64,000 nucleotides of DNA from contig CBDFLJ010000002.1 of the NCBI GenBank assembly GCA_965248835.1, positions 192,001 to 256,000 on the forward strand, read 5' to 3'. Below the pieces are notes generated by a model. It saw only the letters and a program-made list of their open reading frames with translations. It made no database searches and had not been told where the DNA came from. Both the position numbers and the translations under genes were made by a program. Position 1 is the stretch's first letter; each line of letters starts with the position of its first letter. Source of the stretch: Alphaproteobacteria bacterium (GTDB lineage Bacteria > Pseudomonadota > Alphaproteobacteria > MPNO01). Shown here one piece after another: positions 13,058 to 23,346 of the stretch.

Positions 13058-14425
13058 CTAGCTGGTGGAATCCGGAAGGAGGATGCTGGTGACCGAGCGT
13101 TTCTCGACCAGCACCGCGCGTGCGGCCGCGCCGACCTGTTCGGCAGTCACCGCCGCGATGCGCTCCGGCCAGGTTTCGACATCGCCGATGGTCCCGCCGG
13201 TGACCAGCGTCCGGCCGATGATTCTGGGCGCCGCCCGGATGCCGTCGCGCGCGTAGATCGCCCCGGCCAGCAGCGAGCGCTTGACCCGGGCAAGCTCTTC
13301 TTCGGTGATGCCGCGCTCCAGGAAGCGTTGGAGCTCCGTCTTGAGCGCCGCCTCCAGGGGCGCGACTGCACCGCCTGCCTTGGGCTTGATCGAGATCGAG
13401 AACGCGCCGCTGTCGACCCGCGCGGCGCTGTACCAGGACCCGACGCTGGAGGCGATGGCCTGATCGGCCACCAGGGTGCGGTAGAGCCGGCTGGTCGCGC
13501 CGCCGCCCAACGCCTCGGCCAGCACCTGCAACGGATAGGCATGCTCGACCGCGCCCGCGTTGAAGCTCGGCGCCCGGTAGCTGATCGTCAGTTGCGGCAG
13601 GTGGACCCGCGGGCTTTTCATGATCACCCGCTTGGCTGCCAGCGGCTCCGGCTCGACCGGGCGGACCCTGGGCGGGACCTCGCGCCGCGGGATCGGTCCG
13701 AAGTGGCGCTCCGCGAGCACGCGCGCGCGCTCCAGGCTCACGTCGCCGGCAAGGATCAGGATGGCGTTGTTGGGCGCATAATGCGCGCGGTAAAAGGCCA
13801 GCGCGTCGGCGGTTGTCAGCCTTTCGATCTCGCGTTTCCAGCCGATCACGGGAACCCGGTAAGGGTGACGCAGATAGGTGATCGCTTGGCGGCGCTCGTA
13901 GAGCTGGGCGCCGGGTTTGTTGTCGGTGCGCGAGCGGCGCTCCTCCAGGACGACATCGCGTTCCGGCACCACCTCGGCGTCGGTCAGGCGCAAATTCGTC
14001 ATCCGGTCGGCTTCAAGGCGCATGACCAGCGCGAGCTTGTCGCTTGCGACACGCTGGAAATAGCCGGTGTAGTCGTGGCTGGTGAACGCGTTGTCCATGC
14101 CGCCGTTGCGCGCGACGATCTTGGAGAACTGGCCCGGCGGGACGGACCGGGTGCCCTTGAACATCAGATGTTCGAGAAAATGGGCGATGCCGGATTTTCC
14201 CGGCGGCTCGTCGGCGGCGCCGACCTTGTACCAGAGCATCTGGGCGACGATCGGCGCCCGGTGATTCTCGACGACGACGACCTGAAGCCCGTTGGCCAGG
14301 GTGAAGGTCTTGGGGTTGAAAACCCCGGCGCGCGCCGGCGGGGGTGCGGGTGCGCCTGCCAGGAGGAGCGCCATGCCGGCCAGCAGCAGGATCGATGCGC
14401 GGCTTCCACGGCCGTTTGCAATCAA
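13058..14425 (-). CDS. M16 family zinc peptidase, catalytic subunit
   Basis: HFLEH inverted zinc motif, NAFTSHDYT, YAPNNA; TTG at 14425 follows a GGAGAG RBS (start uncertain). Confidence 0.9.
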   Translation of the reverse strand: MIANGRGSRASILLLAGMALLLAGAPAPPPARAGVFNPKTFTLANGLQVVVVENHRAPIVAQMLWYKVGAADEPPGKSGIAHFLEHLMFKGTRSVPPGQFSKIVARNGGMDNAFTSHDYTGYFQRVASDKLALVMRLEADRMTNLRLTDAEVVPERDVVLEERRSRTDNKPGAQLYERRQAITYLRHPYRVPVIGWKREIERLTTADALAFYRAHYAPNNAILILAGDVSLERARVLAERHFGPIPRREVPPRVRPVEPEPLAAKRVIMKSPRVHLPQLTISYRAPSFNAGAVEHAYPLQVLAEALGGGATSRLYRTLVADQAIASSVGSWYSAARVDSGAFSISIKPKAGGAVAPLEAALKTELQRFLERGITEEELARVKRSLLAGAIYARDGIRAAPRIIGRTLVTGGTIGDVETWPERIAAVTAEQVGAAARAVLVEKRSVTSILLPDSTS

Positions 14426-14535
14426 GATCGGCTCTCCGTTTCGTGACTCCGGCGCCGGGTCCGTGCCCGCCGGCATGCGGTTGGTATATGGTCGGGCGTT
14501 CGTCAACGGCAAGGGATCGCGGCGCGTCCTCGCGG

Positions 14536-15114
14536 TCAGTTGAAGATGCCTTCCAATACGCCCCGTTCGCGCCGCTTGATCACCGGTGTGGTTCCGCTGG
14601 TCGCCGGCTTGCCCAGGGCGGCATTGCTGCGCAGCCGCTGGGATTCGCCCGCGGCATCGATCACCTCGCCCGCCGGGTCGGGGTTGCGCCAGAAGATGAG
14701 CCTGTCGACGAAGCTGCCCCCGGAAGCGGCGATCTGGGCGGATTCCCTGTCGACCTCCTCACGGACCGAGGGATTCGCATTCACCGCGCCGGCGCGTCCG
14801 AGAAGGGCCTGCTCGCCGCTTGTCGGCGGCGCCTTGCCGTCGGCGAGGCCCGTCTTCGTGCTGCGCAGCAGGATGTTGCGCGCCTCGTCCTTGACCTCCT
14901 GCTCTTGCGGACGCGGCATGCCGGGACTGGGCGGGCGCAGGCCGAATTCGGGCGGGATGGCGAGCGGGGCGCGGGTCACCACGGCGAACTCGTCCGGCGG
15001 CGGGCGATCAAGCCCGATCGCCTCGCGCGTTTTGCTGCCGCAGGCCGCAAGCCCGGACGCCAGCGCGATTGCACAGGCTGCCGCTAGCCCGGTCCGCAAT
15101 CCGCCACGTTTCAT
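14536..15114 (-). CDS. DUF3035 family lipoprotein
   Basis: Lipobox LAAC; PDEFAVVTRAPLAIPP motif; conserved position after lspA. Confidence 0.82.
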   Translation of the reverse strand: MKRGGLRTGLAAACAIALASGLAACGSKTREAIGLDRPPPDEFAVVTRAPLAIPPEFGLRPPSPGMPRPQEQEVKDEARNILLRSTKTGLADGKAPPTSGEQALLGRAGAVNANPSVREEVDRESAQIAASGGSFVDRLIFWRNPDPAGEVIDAAGESQRLRSNAALGKPATSGTTPVIKRRERGVLEGIFN

Positions 15115-15126
15115 TCCGCTTTCGCC

Positions 15127-15636
15127 CTACGTTCGGGAGTCCTTTTCCGCGCGCACCCTACGATCGGATCTGCCACCGATCAAGCTTCCATAGAGCACGA
15201 TGCCGACGCCGACGGTGATCGCCGAATCGGCCACGTTGAACGCCGGCCAGTGCAGCCCGGCGACGTGAAAATCGAGGAAATCGAACACCGCGCCCTGGCT
15301 CAGCCGATCGATGAGGTTGCCGAGCGCGCCGCCGATGATCAGCCCCAGCGCGATGCCGAGCCAGCGGTCCGCGGTCCGGATCAGCCAGATCACCAGTGCG
15401 ATCACCACCGCGACGGTGAATGCGGAAAGCAGCCACGGCCCCCAGGGCGAACCCGAACTGAACAGCCCGAAGCTTACGCCGCGGTTGAGGACGAACACGA
15501 GGTTGAAGAACGAGGTCACTGTCACTGCGGTGCCGACCTCGCCCAACCAGCCTGCGATCAGGATCTTTGTCGCCTGGTCGAGGACCGCGACGACGGCGGC
15601 GACCGCAATTCCCCAGCGCGCCAGGGTCGAGGGCAT
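15127..15636 (-). CDS. lspA: Lipoprotein signal peptidase II
   Basis: DQATK, NRGVSFG, GGALGNLIDR, VFDF, WPAFNVAD. Confidence 0.95.
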   Translation of the reverse strand: MPSTLARWGIAVAAVVAVLDQATKILIAGWLGEVGTAVTVTSFFNLVFVLNRGVSFGLFSSGSPWGPWLLSAFTVAVVIALVIWLIRTADRWLGIALGLIIGGALGNLIDRLSQGAVFDFLDFHVAGLHWPAFNVADSAITVGVGIVLYGSLIGGRSDRRVRAEKDSRT

Positions 15637-15641
15637 CGCGC

Positions 15642-18461
15642 CTATTCCGCCGCCGCGCCGTACTCACCCACCGCATCGGCGCAGCGGCCGCAGATATCGC
15701 GGTGCCGCGGGTCCGATCCGACTTCGGGCAGCACCCGCCAGCAGCGTTCGCACCTGGTGCCCCTGGCCTCGCCGACGATCACACCCACGCCCGGGACATC
15801 GGCCAGCCTGAAGGCCTTTTCCGGCACCGCCCCGACCCTGAGGGTGAGGCCCGACGTGATCGCGATCTCCCCGAGGTCGAGCCCTTCGAGCACGGCCGCA
15901 GTCGCGGCATCGACATAGACCTGCGGATGGGACTGCAGGCTCGAGCCGATGCGCTTCTCCGCGCGCTCGACCTCAAGGGCTCCCGTGATCACTCGGCGCA
16001 CCCGGCGCACACCCTCCCAGCGCGCAAGGATCGCATCGGCCCGCCAGTCGGCCGGAATTTCGGGGAAGAGCTCCAGGTGGACGCTGTCGGCATCCTCGCC
16101 GTGGCGGGCGCGCCAGGCCTCCTCGGCAGTGAAGCACAGGATCGGCGCCAGCCAGGTCGTCAGGCAGGAAAACAGCGCATCGAGCACCGTGCGCGCAGCC
16201 CGCCGCGCCGGATCGTCGAGCCGGGCGCAGTAGAGCGTGTCCTTGCGGATGTCGAAATAGAAGGCCGACAGGTCCGATGCGCAGAAATTATGCAGCGCCG
16301 TGAACAGGTCGTGGAACGCGTAACGTTCCAGTGAGTCGCGGACCAGTCGGTCGAGCTCCCACAGCCGGTGCAGCACCCAGCGTTCGAGCTCCGGCATGTG
16401 CGCCGCTGCCATCCGCTCGCCGTCTTCGAAGCCTGCGAGGTTGCCCAGCAAATAGCGCATCGTGTTGCGGATCCGCCGGTAGGCCTCGACGTTCTGCTCG
16501 ATGATGTTGGCGCCGATCCGAAGATCCTCGGAATAGTCCGAGGCGACGACCCACAGGCGCAGGATGTCGGCGCCATACCTGGCGATGAGCTCCTGCGGCG
16601 AGACCACGTTGCCCAGCGATTTCGACATCTTGCGGCCCTGCTCGTCGAGCACGAAACCGTGGGTCAGCACCCCGTCATAGGGTGCGCGGCCGCGGGTGCC
16701 GCAGGACTCCAGCAGCGAGGAGTGGAACCAGCCGCGATGCTGGTCCGACCCTTCCAGATAGAGCGCGGCCGGCCATTGCAGGTCGGAGCGCGTCTCCAGG
16801 GTGAAGCTGTGCGAGGCGCCCGAATCGAACCACACATCGAGGATATCCCGCACCTGGTGGTAGTCCGCCGGATCGTATTCAACGCCCAGGAAGCGCTCCG
16901 GCGGGCTCTCGAACCAGGCATCTGCGCCTTCGGCCTCGACCGCGGCGACCACGCGGTCGAGCACCGCCTGGTCGCGCAGCGGCTCGCCGGTCTTCTTGTC
17001 GACGAAGACGGTGATCGGCACCCCCCAGGCACGCTGGCGCGACACGCACCAGTCCGGCCGGGTCGCGATCATGCCGTGGAGCCGGTTTCGCCCGGTCTCC
17101 GGGTAGAACGCCGTTCTGTCGATCGCGGCCAGCGCCTTGTCCCGCAGATGGTTCTGCGCCATGCCGATGAACCATTGCGGCGTGGTGCGGAAGATCAGCG
17201 GCTTCTTCGAGCGCCAGGAATGCGGATAGGAGTGGACCAGCCGTCCGCGGGCGAGCAGCCCGCCGGCGTCGTTCAAGGCGTCGGCGACCGCCCCGTCCAC
17301 CTTGTAGACGTGCTGGCCGGCGAACAGCGGCACATGGTCGTAGAACATGCCGCTGTCGTCGACGGTGCGCGGCACCTCGAGCCCGTGGGCTCGGCCGACC
17401 TCGAAGTCCTCCGCGCCGTGCCCGGGCGCGGTGTGGACGAACCCGGTCCCCTGCTCGACGGTGACATGATCGCCGGCGAGCAGCGGGACGTCGAAGTCAT
17501 AGCCTCGGCCGTGCAGCGGATGGCGGCAGACGGTGCCTGCAAGCGCGCTGCCCGGCAGGGTGGCGAGCGTCCTGGTCCCGGCGATGCCGACCTCGGCGAA
17601 CACCGATTCGGCGAGTGCCGCGGCCAGCACGACCCGCTCGCCGGCGACCGCCAAGCTGTCTCCGGCGGCTTCGGTCACCTCGACCACCGCGTAATCGATC
17701 GCCTCGCCGTAGGCGACTGCGCGGTTGCCCGGGATCGTCCAGGGCGTGGTGGTCCAGATCAGGACCGATGCGCCGGCCAGCGCCGGATCCGAGGCCCGCG
17801 TGACCGGAAACCGGACATGGACCGTCGTCGAAGTGTGGTCGAAATACTCGACCTCGGCCTCGGCCAGCGCGGTCTTTTCCACGACCGACCACAGGACCGG
17901 CTTGGCGCCCTGATAGAGCCCGCCATTGAGCAGGAACTTCCCGAGCTCGCGCACGATCTGGGCTTCGGCGGCGAACGACATCGTGGTGTAGGGTTGCTGC
18001 CAGTCTCCAATCACCCCGAGGCGCTCGAACTCCGCGCGCTGGACCTCGATCCAATGGGCGGCGAACGCGCGGCATTCGCGTCTGAACTCGAGCAGCGGCA
18101 CCTCGTCCTTGTCGCGTCCGTCCTTGCGGTACTTCTCCTCGATCGTCCACTCGATCGGCAGCCCGTGGCAGTCCCAGCCCGGCACGTAGTTGGCATCGCG
18201 CCCGAGCATTTGCTGGGACCGGTTGATGACGTCCTTGAGGGTCTTGTTGAGCGCGTGGCCGATATGGAGATGGCCGTTCGCATAGGGCGGGCCGTCGTGG
18301 AGGATGAACTTTTCCCGGCCGCGCGCTGCCGCGCGCTGCCGGCCGTAGAGATCCTCCGCCTGCCAACGCGCGAGGATCTCCGGCTCGCGCTCGGGCAGCC
18401 TGGCCCGCATCGCAAAGCCGGTCTTGGGCAGGAACACGGTCGGGCGGTAATCGGTGGTCAT
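15642..18461 (-). CDS. ileS: Isoleucine--tRNA ligase (type 1)
   Basis: HIGH and KMSKS motifs, WTTTPWT, C-terminal CERCW/CGRC zinc site. Confidence 0.97.
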   Translation of the reverse strand: MTTDYRPTVFLPKTGFAMRARLPEREPEILARWQAEDLYGRQRAAARGREKFILHDGPPYANGHLHIGHALNKTLKDVINRSQQMLGRDANYVPGWDCHGLPIEWTIEEKYRKDGRDKDEVPLLEFRRECRAFAAHWIEVQRAEFERLGVIGDWQQPYTTMSFAAEAQIVRELGKFLLNGGLYQGAKPVLWSVVEKTALAEAEVEYFDHTSTTVHVRFPVTRASDPALAGASVLIWTTTPWTIPGNRAVAYGEAIDYAVVEVTEAAGDSLAVAGERVVLAAALAESVFAEVGIAGTRTLATLPGSALAGTVCRHPLHGRGYDFDVPLLAGDHVTVEQGTGFVHTAPGHGAEDFEVGRAHGLEVPRTVDDSGMFYDHVPLFAGQHVYKVDGAVADALNDAGGLLARGRLVHSYPHSWRSKKPLIFRTTPQWFIGMAQNHLRDKALAAIDRTAFYPETGRNRLHGMIATRPDWCVSRQRAWGVPITVFVDKKTGEPLRDQAVLDRVVAAVEAEGADAWFESPPERFLGVEYDPADYHQVRDILDVWFDSGASHSFTLETRSDLQWPAALYLEGSDQHRGWFHSSLLESCGTRGRAPYDGVLTHGFVLDEQGRKMSKSLGNVVSPQELIARYGADILRLWVVASDYSEDLRIGANIIEQNVEAYRRIRNTMRYLLGNLAGFEDGERMAAAHMPELERWVLHRLWELDRLVRDSLERYAFHDLFTALHNFCASDLSAFYFDIRKDTLYCARLDDPARRAARTVLDALFSCLTTWLAPILCFTAEEAWRARHGEDADSVHLELFPEIPADWRADAILARWEGVRRVRRVITGALEVERAEKRIGSSLQSHPQVYVDAATAAVLEGLDLGEIAITSGLTLRVGAVPEKAFRLADVPGVGVIVGEARGTRCERCWRVLPEVGSDPRHRDICGRCADAVGEYGAAAE

Positions 18462-19465
18462 CGCAGCCCCTGATCCGATCGAGCCGGCACGGCCGCACCG
18501 GGCGGTGCGCGCAGATCGCCATCGCTGAGCCGTTCCAGCAAGGCGCGCGAGGCCATGCTGTCCTTGGCGATCTGCTCGCGCAGCTCGGAAAGGCCTGCGA
18601 ACTTGTGCTCGGGCCGGATGTACTCGACCAGGGCGACGCGGACTAACCGGTCGTAAATGTCCTCGGTGAAATCCAGGATATAGGTCTCCAGCCCCAGCCT
18701 GTCACCGTCGAAGGTCGGCCGCCAGCCCAGGTTGGCGCAACCCATGTACCAACGCGTCGCGCCGTGCTCTTCGATTCCTGCCCAGACGGCGTAAACCCCC
18801 AGCGCCGGCTGAACATAGTCCTCCAACGAAAGATTGGCCGTCGGAAAGCCGATCTGGCGGCCGCGCCGGTCGCCCCTCAGGACCCGGCCTTCGATCTCGA
18901 AGCAGCGGCCCAGCAGCGCCGCCGCCTTGGCCGGGTCGCCCTCTTTCAGCGCCGCGCGGATGTTGGTCGAGGAATAGACCGTCCCGTCGGGTCCACTGAC
19001 CGGCTCGACGACGGAGAACCCGACGCCGTCGGCCTCGGCCCATGTGCGCAAGGTCTCGACGTTGCCCTTGCGGCCCTTACCGAAGACGAAGTCGTAGCCG
19101 ACGGTCAGATGGCGGGCGCCGAGCCCCTCGACCAGCACCCGGTCGATGAAGTTCTGCGGGCTCGCCCGCGAAACCTCGTCGTCGAAATGGATCAGCAGCA
19201 GCGTATCGATGCCCATTACCTCGAAGCGCCGGACCTTGCTGCGCAGGGGCGTAAGCTGAAACGGCGGATCGTCCGGACGGAAGAAGCGCCGCGGATGGGG
19301 CTCGAACGTCACCACCGAAAGCGGCGTGGCGTGCGCCTCGGCCAACGCGCCGGCGGCCCGGATGACCACCTGATGGCCGAGATGGACACCGTCGAAATTG
19401 CCGATCGTCACCACGCCGCCGCGTGCGCTGTCGGGAACCCCTTTGGTGTGTCGGATGATGCGCAT
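18458..19465 (-). CDS. ribF: Bifunctional riboflavin kinase/FAD synthetase
   Basis: IGNFDGVHLGH, SSTNIR, GRQIGFPTAN, RPEHKF. Confidence 0.96.
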   Translation of the reverse strand: MRIIRHTKGVPDSARGGVVTIGNFDGVHLGHQVVIRAAGALAEAHATPLSVVTFEPHPRRFFRPDDPPFQLTPLRSKVRRFEVMGIDTLLLIHFDDEVSRASPQNFIDRVLVEGLGARHLTVGYDFVFGKGRKGNVETLRTWAEADGVGFSVVEPVSGPDGTVYSSTNIRAALKEGDPAKAAALLGRCFEIEGRVLRGDRRGRQIGFPTANLSLEDYVQPALGVYAVWAGIEEHGATRWYMGCANLGWRPTFDGDRLGLETYILDFTEDIYDRLVRVALVEYIRPEHKFAGLSELREQIAKDSMASRALLERLSDGDLRAPPGAAVPARSDQGLR

Positions 19466-19700
19466 GGTGACCGCTTACCTATCCAGGCGCGATTCGGGAG
19501 TCAATGAATTCGCCCGCCGACCTACCCCGGGGGCCGGTTCGTCGTCCTCGCAGTCGGTGCGCCGCGCCGCGAACGCTTCTCCATCTGCATTGATGCCGCT
19601 CGGTTGACATCGGTTCCGGCCGTTTCCTATGCTTTTGGCGCTCCGGCCTGGCGGCAAACGCCGCAAACAAGCGGCAATCCGCACGCGCGAGGGACCAGCG

Positions 19701-20894
19701 ATGACCGACACCGAGGGTTCGGGTTACGGGCGGAACGCCATCGTCCCCGACGAAGATGCGGTCCTGACCCATGTCGGGTTCGGCACGGCGATGGGCGAGC
19801 TGATGCGACGCTACTGGCACCCGGTGTGCCTGTCATCGGAACTCGCCGATCTCCCCAAGCGCCTCATGATTCTGGGCGAGGAGCTGGTTGCCTATCGCGA
19901 CAGGTCGGGTCGTGTCGGCGTGCTCGGCGCGCACTGCATCCACCGCGGCACTTCGCTCGAATATGGCCGGATCGAGGAGAACGGCATCCGCTGTTGCTAT
20001 CACGGCTGGCTCTATGACGCGGTCGGCCGCTGCCTGGACCAGCCGGGCGAGCCGGACCAGAGCAGGTACAAGGACGAGGTGCGCCAGCCGTGGTACCCGG
20101 CCGAGGAATACAAGGGCCTGGTCTTCGCCTACATGGGGCCGCCGGAAAAGAAGCCGCTCCTGCCGCGCTACGACATTCTCGAAGACGCGGAGGCGGACTA
20201 CCTTGCCTACCGCAACTACAGCCGGGGCGAGGTGGCGGCGTGCAATTGGCTGCAGCTCCAGGAGAACGCCGCCGATCCGGTCCATACCTATATCCTGCAC
20301 GGCTGGAATCCCGGTCTGTTCGAGTTCAACGAGGTCATGGCCGTCCGGCCGCGCTTCGATTACGAGCATTCCCCGCGCCATGTTTCCTACGTCCGGACCG
20401 CCGACCTCGACAGCGGGCTCAGGCTGATCCGCACCTCGACAATCTTTGTTCCGACGGCGCGCTCGGTGCCGCCGCCCGAGGTGAGCGGCACCGATCCCGA
20501 GCGCGAGACCGAGCGGGCGCGCATGGTCGGCTGGTGGGTCCCGGTCGACAACGAGAACACGGTCGGCTTCCATGTCGAGCGGATCGATCCGACCAGGAAG
20601 GTCTTCCAGCCCCCGCATGAGGCGGTCGTGCGCCCCTACGAGGAAACCCAGCGCGCGCCCGACGACTGGGAGGCGCAGACCGGCCAGCGGGCGATCGCGC
20701 GCCACGCCCTCGAGCATCTGGCGAGCTCGGACCGCGGCGTCGTCCTTTTCAGGCGCCGCCTGCGCGAGGCGATCGCCGCCGTGGAGCGCGGCGAAGACCC
20801 GCCCGGCGTGGCTCGGGATCCGGTTGCGCGGATCGTCGAGGTCCCTTCGCGCAACGACGTCTTCGCCCCGACCGCTACCGTGCCTGCCCAATAG
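19701..20894 (+). CDS. Rieske non-heme iron oxygenase alpha subunit (phthalate 4,5-dioxygenase/LigX-like)
   Basis: GELMRRYWHP, CIHRG...CCYHGW Rieske ligands, ENAADPVHTYILH mononuclear Fe site, EHLASSDRGV. Confidence 0.88.
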   Translation: MTDTEGSGYGRNAIVPDEDAVLTHVGFGTAMGELMRRYWHPVCLSSELADLPKRLMILGEELVAYRDRSGRVGVLGAHCIHRGTSLEYGRIEENGIRCCYHGWLYDAVGRCLDQPGEPDQSRYKDEVRQPWYPAEEYKGLVFAYMGPPEKKPLLPRYDILEDAEADYLAYRNYSRGEVAACNWLQLQENAADPVHTYILHGWNPGLFEFNEVMAVRPRFDYEHSPRHVSYVRTADLDSGLRLIRTSTIFVPTARSVPPPEVSGTDPERETERARMVGWWVPVDNENTVGFHVERIDPTRKVFQPPHEAVVRPYEETQRAPDDWEAQTGQRAIARHALEHLASSDRGVVLFRRRLREAIAAVERGEDPPGVARDPVARIVEVPSRNDVFAPTATVPAQ

Positions 20895-20985
20895 GCGATC
20901 TGGATCGTTCTTCGTCGGTGGTTTCGATGAATTGCATCGATGGTCCGGTGCCGGTGCCCTCTGCCAGACCCCGTCAGGAACCGTC

Positions 20986-21474
20986 ATGACCGAATTCGAT
21001 CGGCTCTATGGGCCGAGCGGCGACCACCTCTTCGCTACGAGGTACGAAGCCTCCTGCCATTGCGGGGCGGTCCGCTACCGGGTCCGCGCCGACCCGGTGG
21101 ATGCGAAGATCTGCCACTGCGCGACCTGCCGGAAGACCCATGGCGCCCCGATGCAGTGGGCGGCGATCTTCCACAAGCACGATGTGCGGATCACCACCGG
21201 GATCGACCGCATCGCCTTCTACAACACCACACTGGACAAGCCCGGCCGAATCCTTCCCTGCAAGCTGACCTGCGCGCTCTGCGCCACGCCGATCGCCGAC
21301 GAGGGCCGCAACATGTGGCTTGCCTTCCCCACGCTGTTCGATTTCGGCGTCCCGCCCAAGGTGCCGGAGGCCTTCAAGCCGACCTGTCACATTTTCTATG
21401 GCATGCGCGTCTTCGATATAGACGATGGATTGCCCAAATGGTCGGGCCACAAGGACGCCTCGTCCGTTTTATGA
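20986..21474 (+). CDS. GFA/CENP-V family zinc protein
   Basis: CHCGAV, CHCATCRK, CALCATP, PTCHIFY. Confidence 0.85.
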   Translation: MTEFDRLYGPSGDHLFATRYEASCHCGAVRYRVRADPVDAKICHCATCRKTHGAPMQWAAIFHKHDVRITTGIDRIAFYNTTLDKPGRILPCKLTCALCATPIADEGRNMWLAFPTLFDFGVPPKVPEAFKPTCHIFYGMRVFDIDDGLPKWSGHKDASSVL

Positions 21475-21559
21475 CCGCGACCGGCTCGACGGGGCGTTGC
21501 CGCCGACCGACGCCGGATTTCGGCGCAAAAACGCGCCCATGGATGTATGAGTTCTAGGC

Positions 21560-23304
21560 ATGGTTGACGAGGGTTCCGAACAGCGAACGGGCATTCGCTC
21601 CAACCCGACGAAAACCCGCCGGCGATGCTGGCGTTGGGTCTGGGGCTGCAGCTTGCGGTTCTCTGCGTGGGCGGAATCGTCCTTACCCCGGCGATCGTGG
21701 TCCGGGCCGCCGGCGGATCCGAAGCCTTCCTGTCGTGGGCGGTATTCGCGGCGGTCGTCGTCAGCGGCCTGAGCACCGCGTTGCAGGCGATCCGGGTCGG
21801 TCGGGTCGGTTCCGGGTATGTCCTGGCCATGGGCACCTCCGGGGCTTTTATCGCGGTCTGCGTCACGGCGGTGGCCGACGGCGGTCCGGCGATGCTCGCC
21901 ACCCTGATCGTCGTCTCGTCGTTGTTCCAGTTCGCGCTGTCCGCCCGGCTCTCGCTGTTCCGGCGGATTCTGACCCCGGTGGTCTCGGGAACGGTGATCA
22001 TGCTCATCCCCGTGACGGTGATGCCGATCATCTTCGGATTGCTGGACGACGTGCCGGATGGGAGTCCGGCGGCGGCCGCGCCGTTGAGCGCTGTTGCGAC
22101 CGTGCTTGCGATCGTCGCGGTCGCGCTGAAAGCGACGGGCGTTCTACGTCTGTGGGCGCTGGTCATCGGCGTGGCCGCCGGCTCGGCCGTTGCCGGAAAT
22201 TTCGGCCTCTACGACGTCGGCCGTGTCGCCGAAGCGTCGTGGCTGGGCATTCCCAAAGGGGAATGGCCGGGTCTGGACCTCGGCTTCGGCCCGGTTTTCT
22301 GGAAGCTCCTTCCGGCGTTCGCGTTCGTCACCCTGGTCGGCGCAATCGAAACGATCGGCGATTCCGTCGCCATCCAGCGCGTGTCCTGGCGCCGCCCAAG
22401 GGCGGTCGATTTCAGGTCGGTGCAAGGCGCGGTGGCCGCCGACGGCGTGGGCAACCTGCTGTCCGGTTTGGCGGGAACGGTGCCGAACACGACCTATTCG
22501 ACGAGCATATCGGTGACCGAACTCACCGGGGTCGGCGGCCGCGGCGTCGGGGTGGCTCTGGGTGCCATCTTCGTCCTCGCCGCGTTCTCTCCCAAGCTGC
22601 TCTCCGTGATCCTGGCGATACCCGGCCCGGTCGTTGCGGCCTATGTCACGGTGTTGCTGGCGATGCTGTTTGTCGTGGGTATGAGGATCGTCGTTCAGGA
22701 CGGGATCGACTACCGCAAGGGGCTGATCGCCGGCGTTGCGTTCTGGATGGGCGTGGGCTTCCAGAACGACTTGATCTATCCGCAATATGTCGCCGAATTC
22801 GCGCACGGCCTGCTCCGCAACGGGATGACCGCCGGCGGTCTCGTCGCCATTGTCATGACCCTGTTCGTCGAGCTGAGTGCGCCGCGCCGCCGCCGGATCG
22901 AACTGGCGTTCGACATCTCGATTCTGCCGAAGATCAGGGCGTTTCTCGGCGACTTCGCATCCCTCAGCGGTTGGGATAAGGCGATGGCGAACCGCCTGGA
23001 TGCGGCTGCAGAGGAGACTCTGTTGACGCTGCTGCAGCAAAACGAAGCCGACCGGGACCATCCGCGGCGACGCCTGCTGCCGATCGCGCACAAGGAGGGC
23101 GGCGTGGCTGTCCTGGAGTTCATTGCGGCTCCAGGCGAGGAGAACCTTCAGGACCGGATTGCGCTGCTCGGCAAGCAGGCCGGCGAAGCCCCGATCGAGA
23201 GGGAAGTCTCCCTTCGGTTGTTGCGGCACATCGCGTCCTCGGTCCGTCATCAGCAGTACCACGACGCCAATATCGTGACCGTCCGGGTCGAAGCGCCGGC
23301 ATAG
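21560..23304 (+). CDS. NCS2 (xanthine/uracil) family permease with C-terminal soluble extension; 5' end appears frameshifted near 21598
   Basis: Intact frame 21625-23304: GLQLAVL, STALQ, MGTSGAF, ETIGD, ADGVGN, PNTTYSTS; ATG 21560 lies in another frame. Confidence 0.8.
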
Positions 23305-23346
23305 ATCTCGGCGTGTTCCGGACAAGCCGGACCGGTGGTCTTCGTC

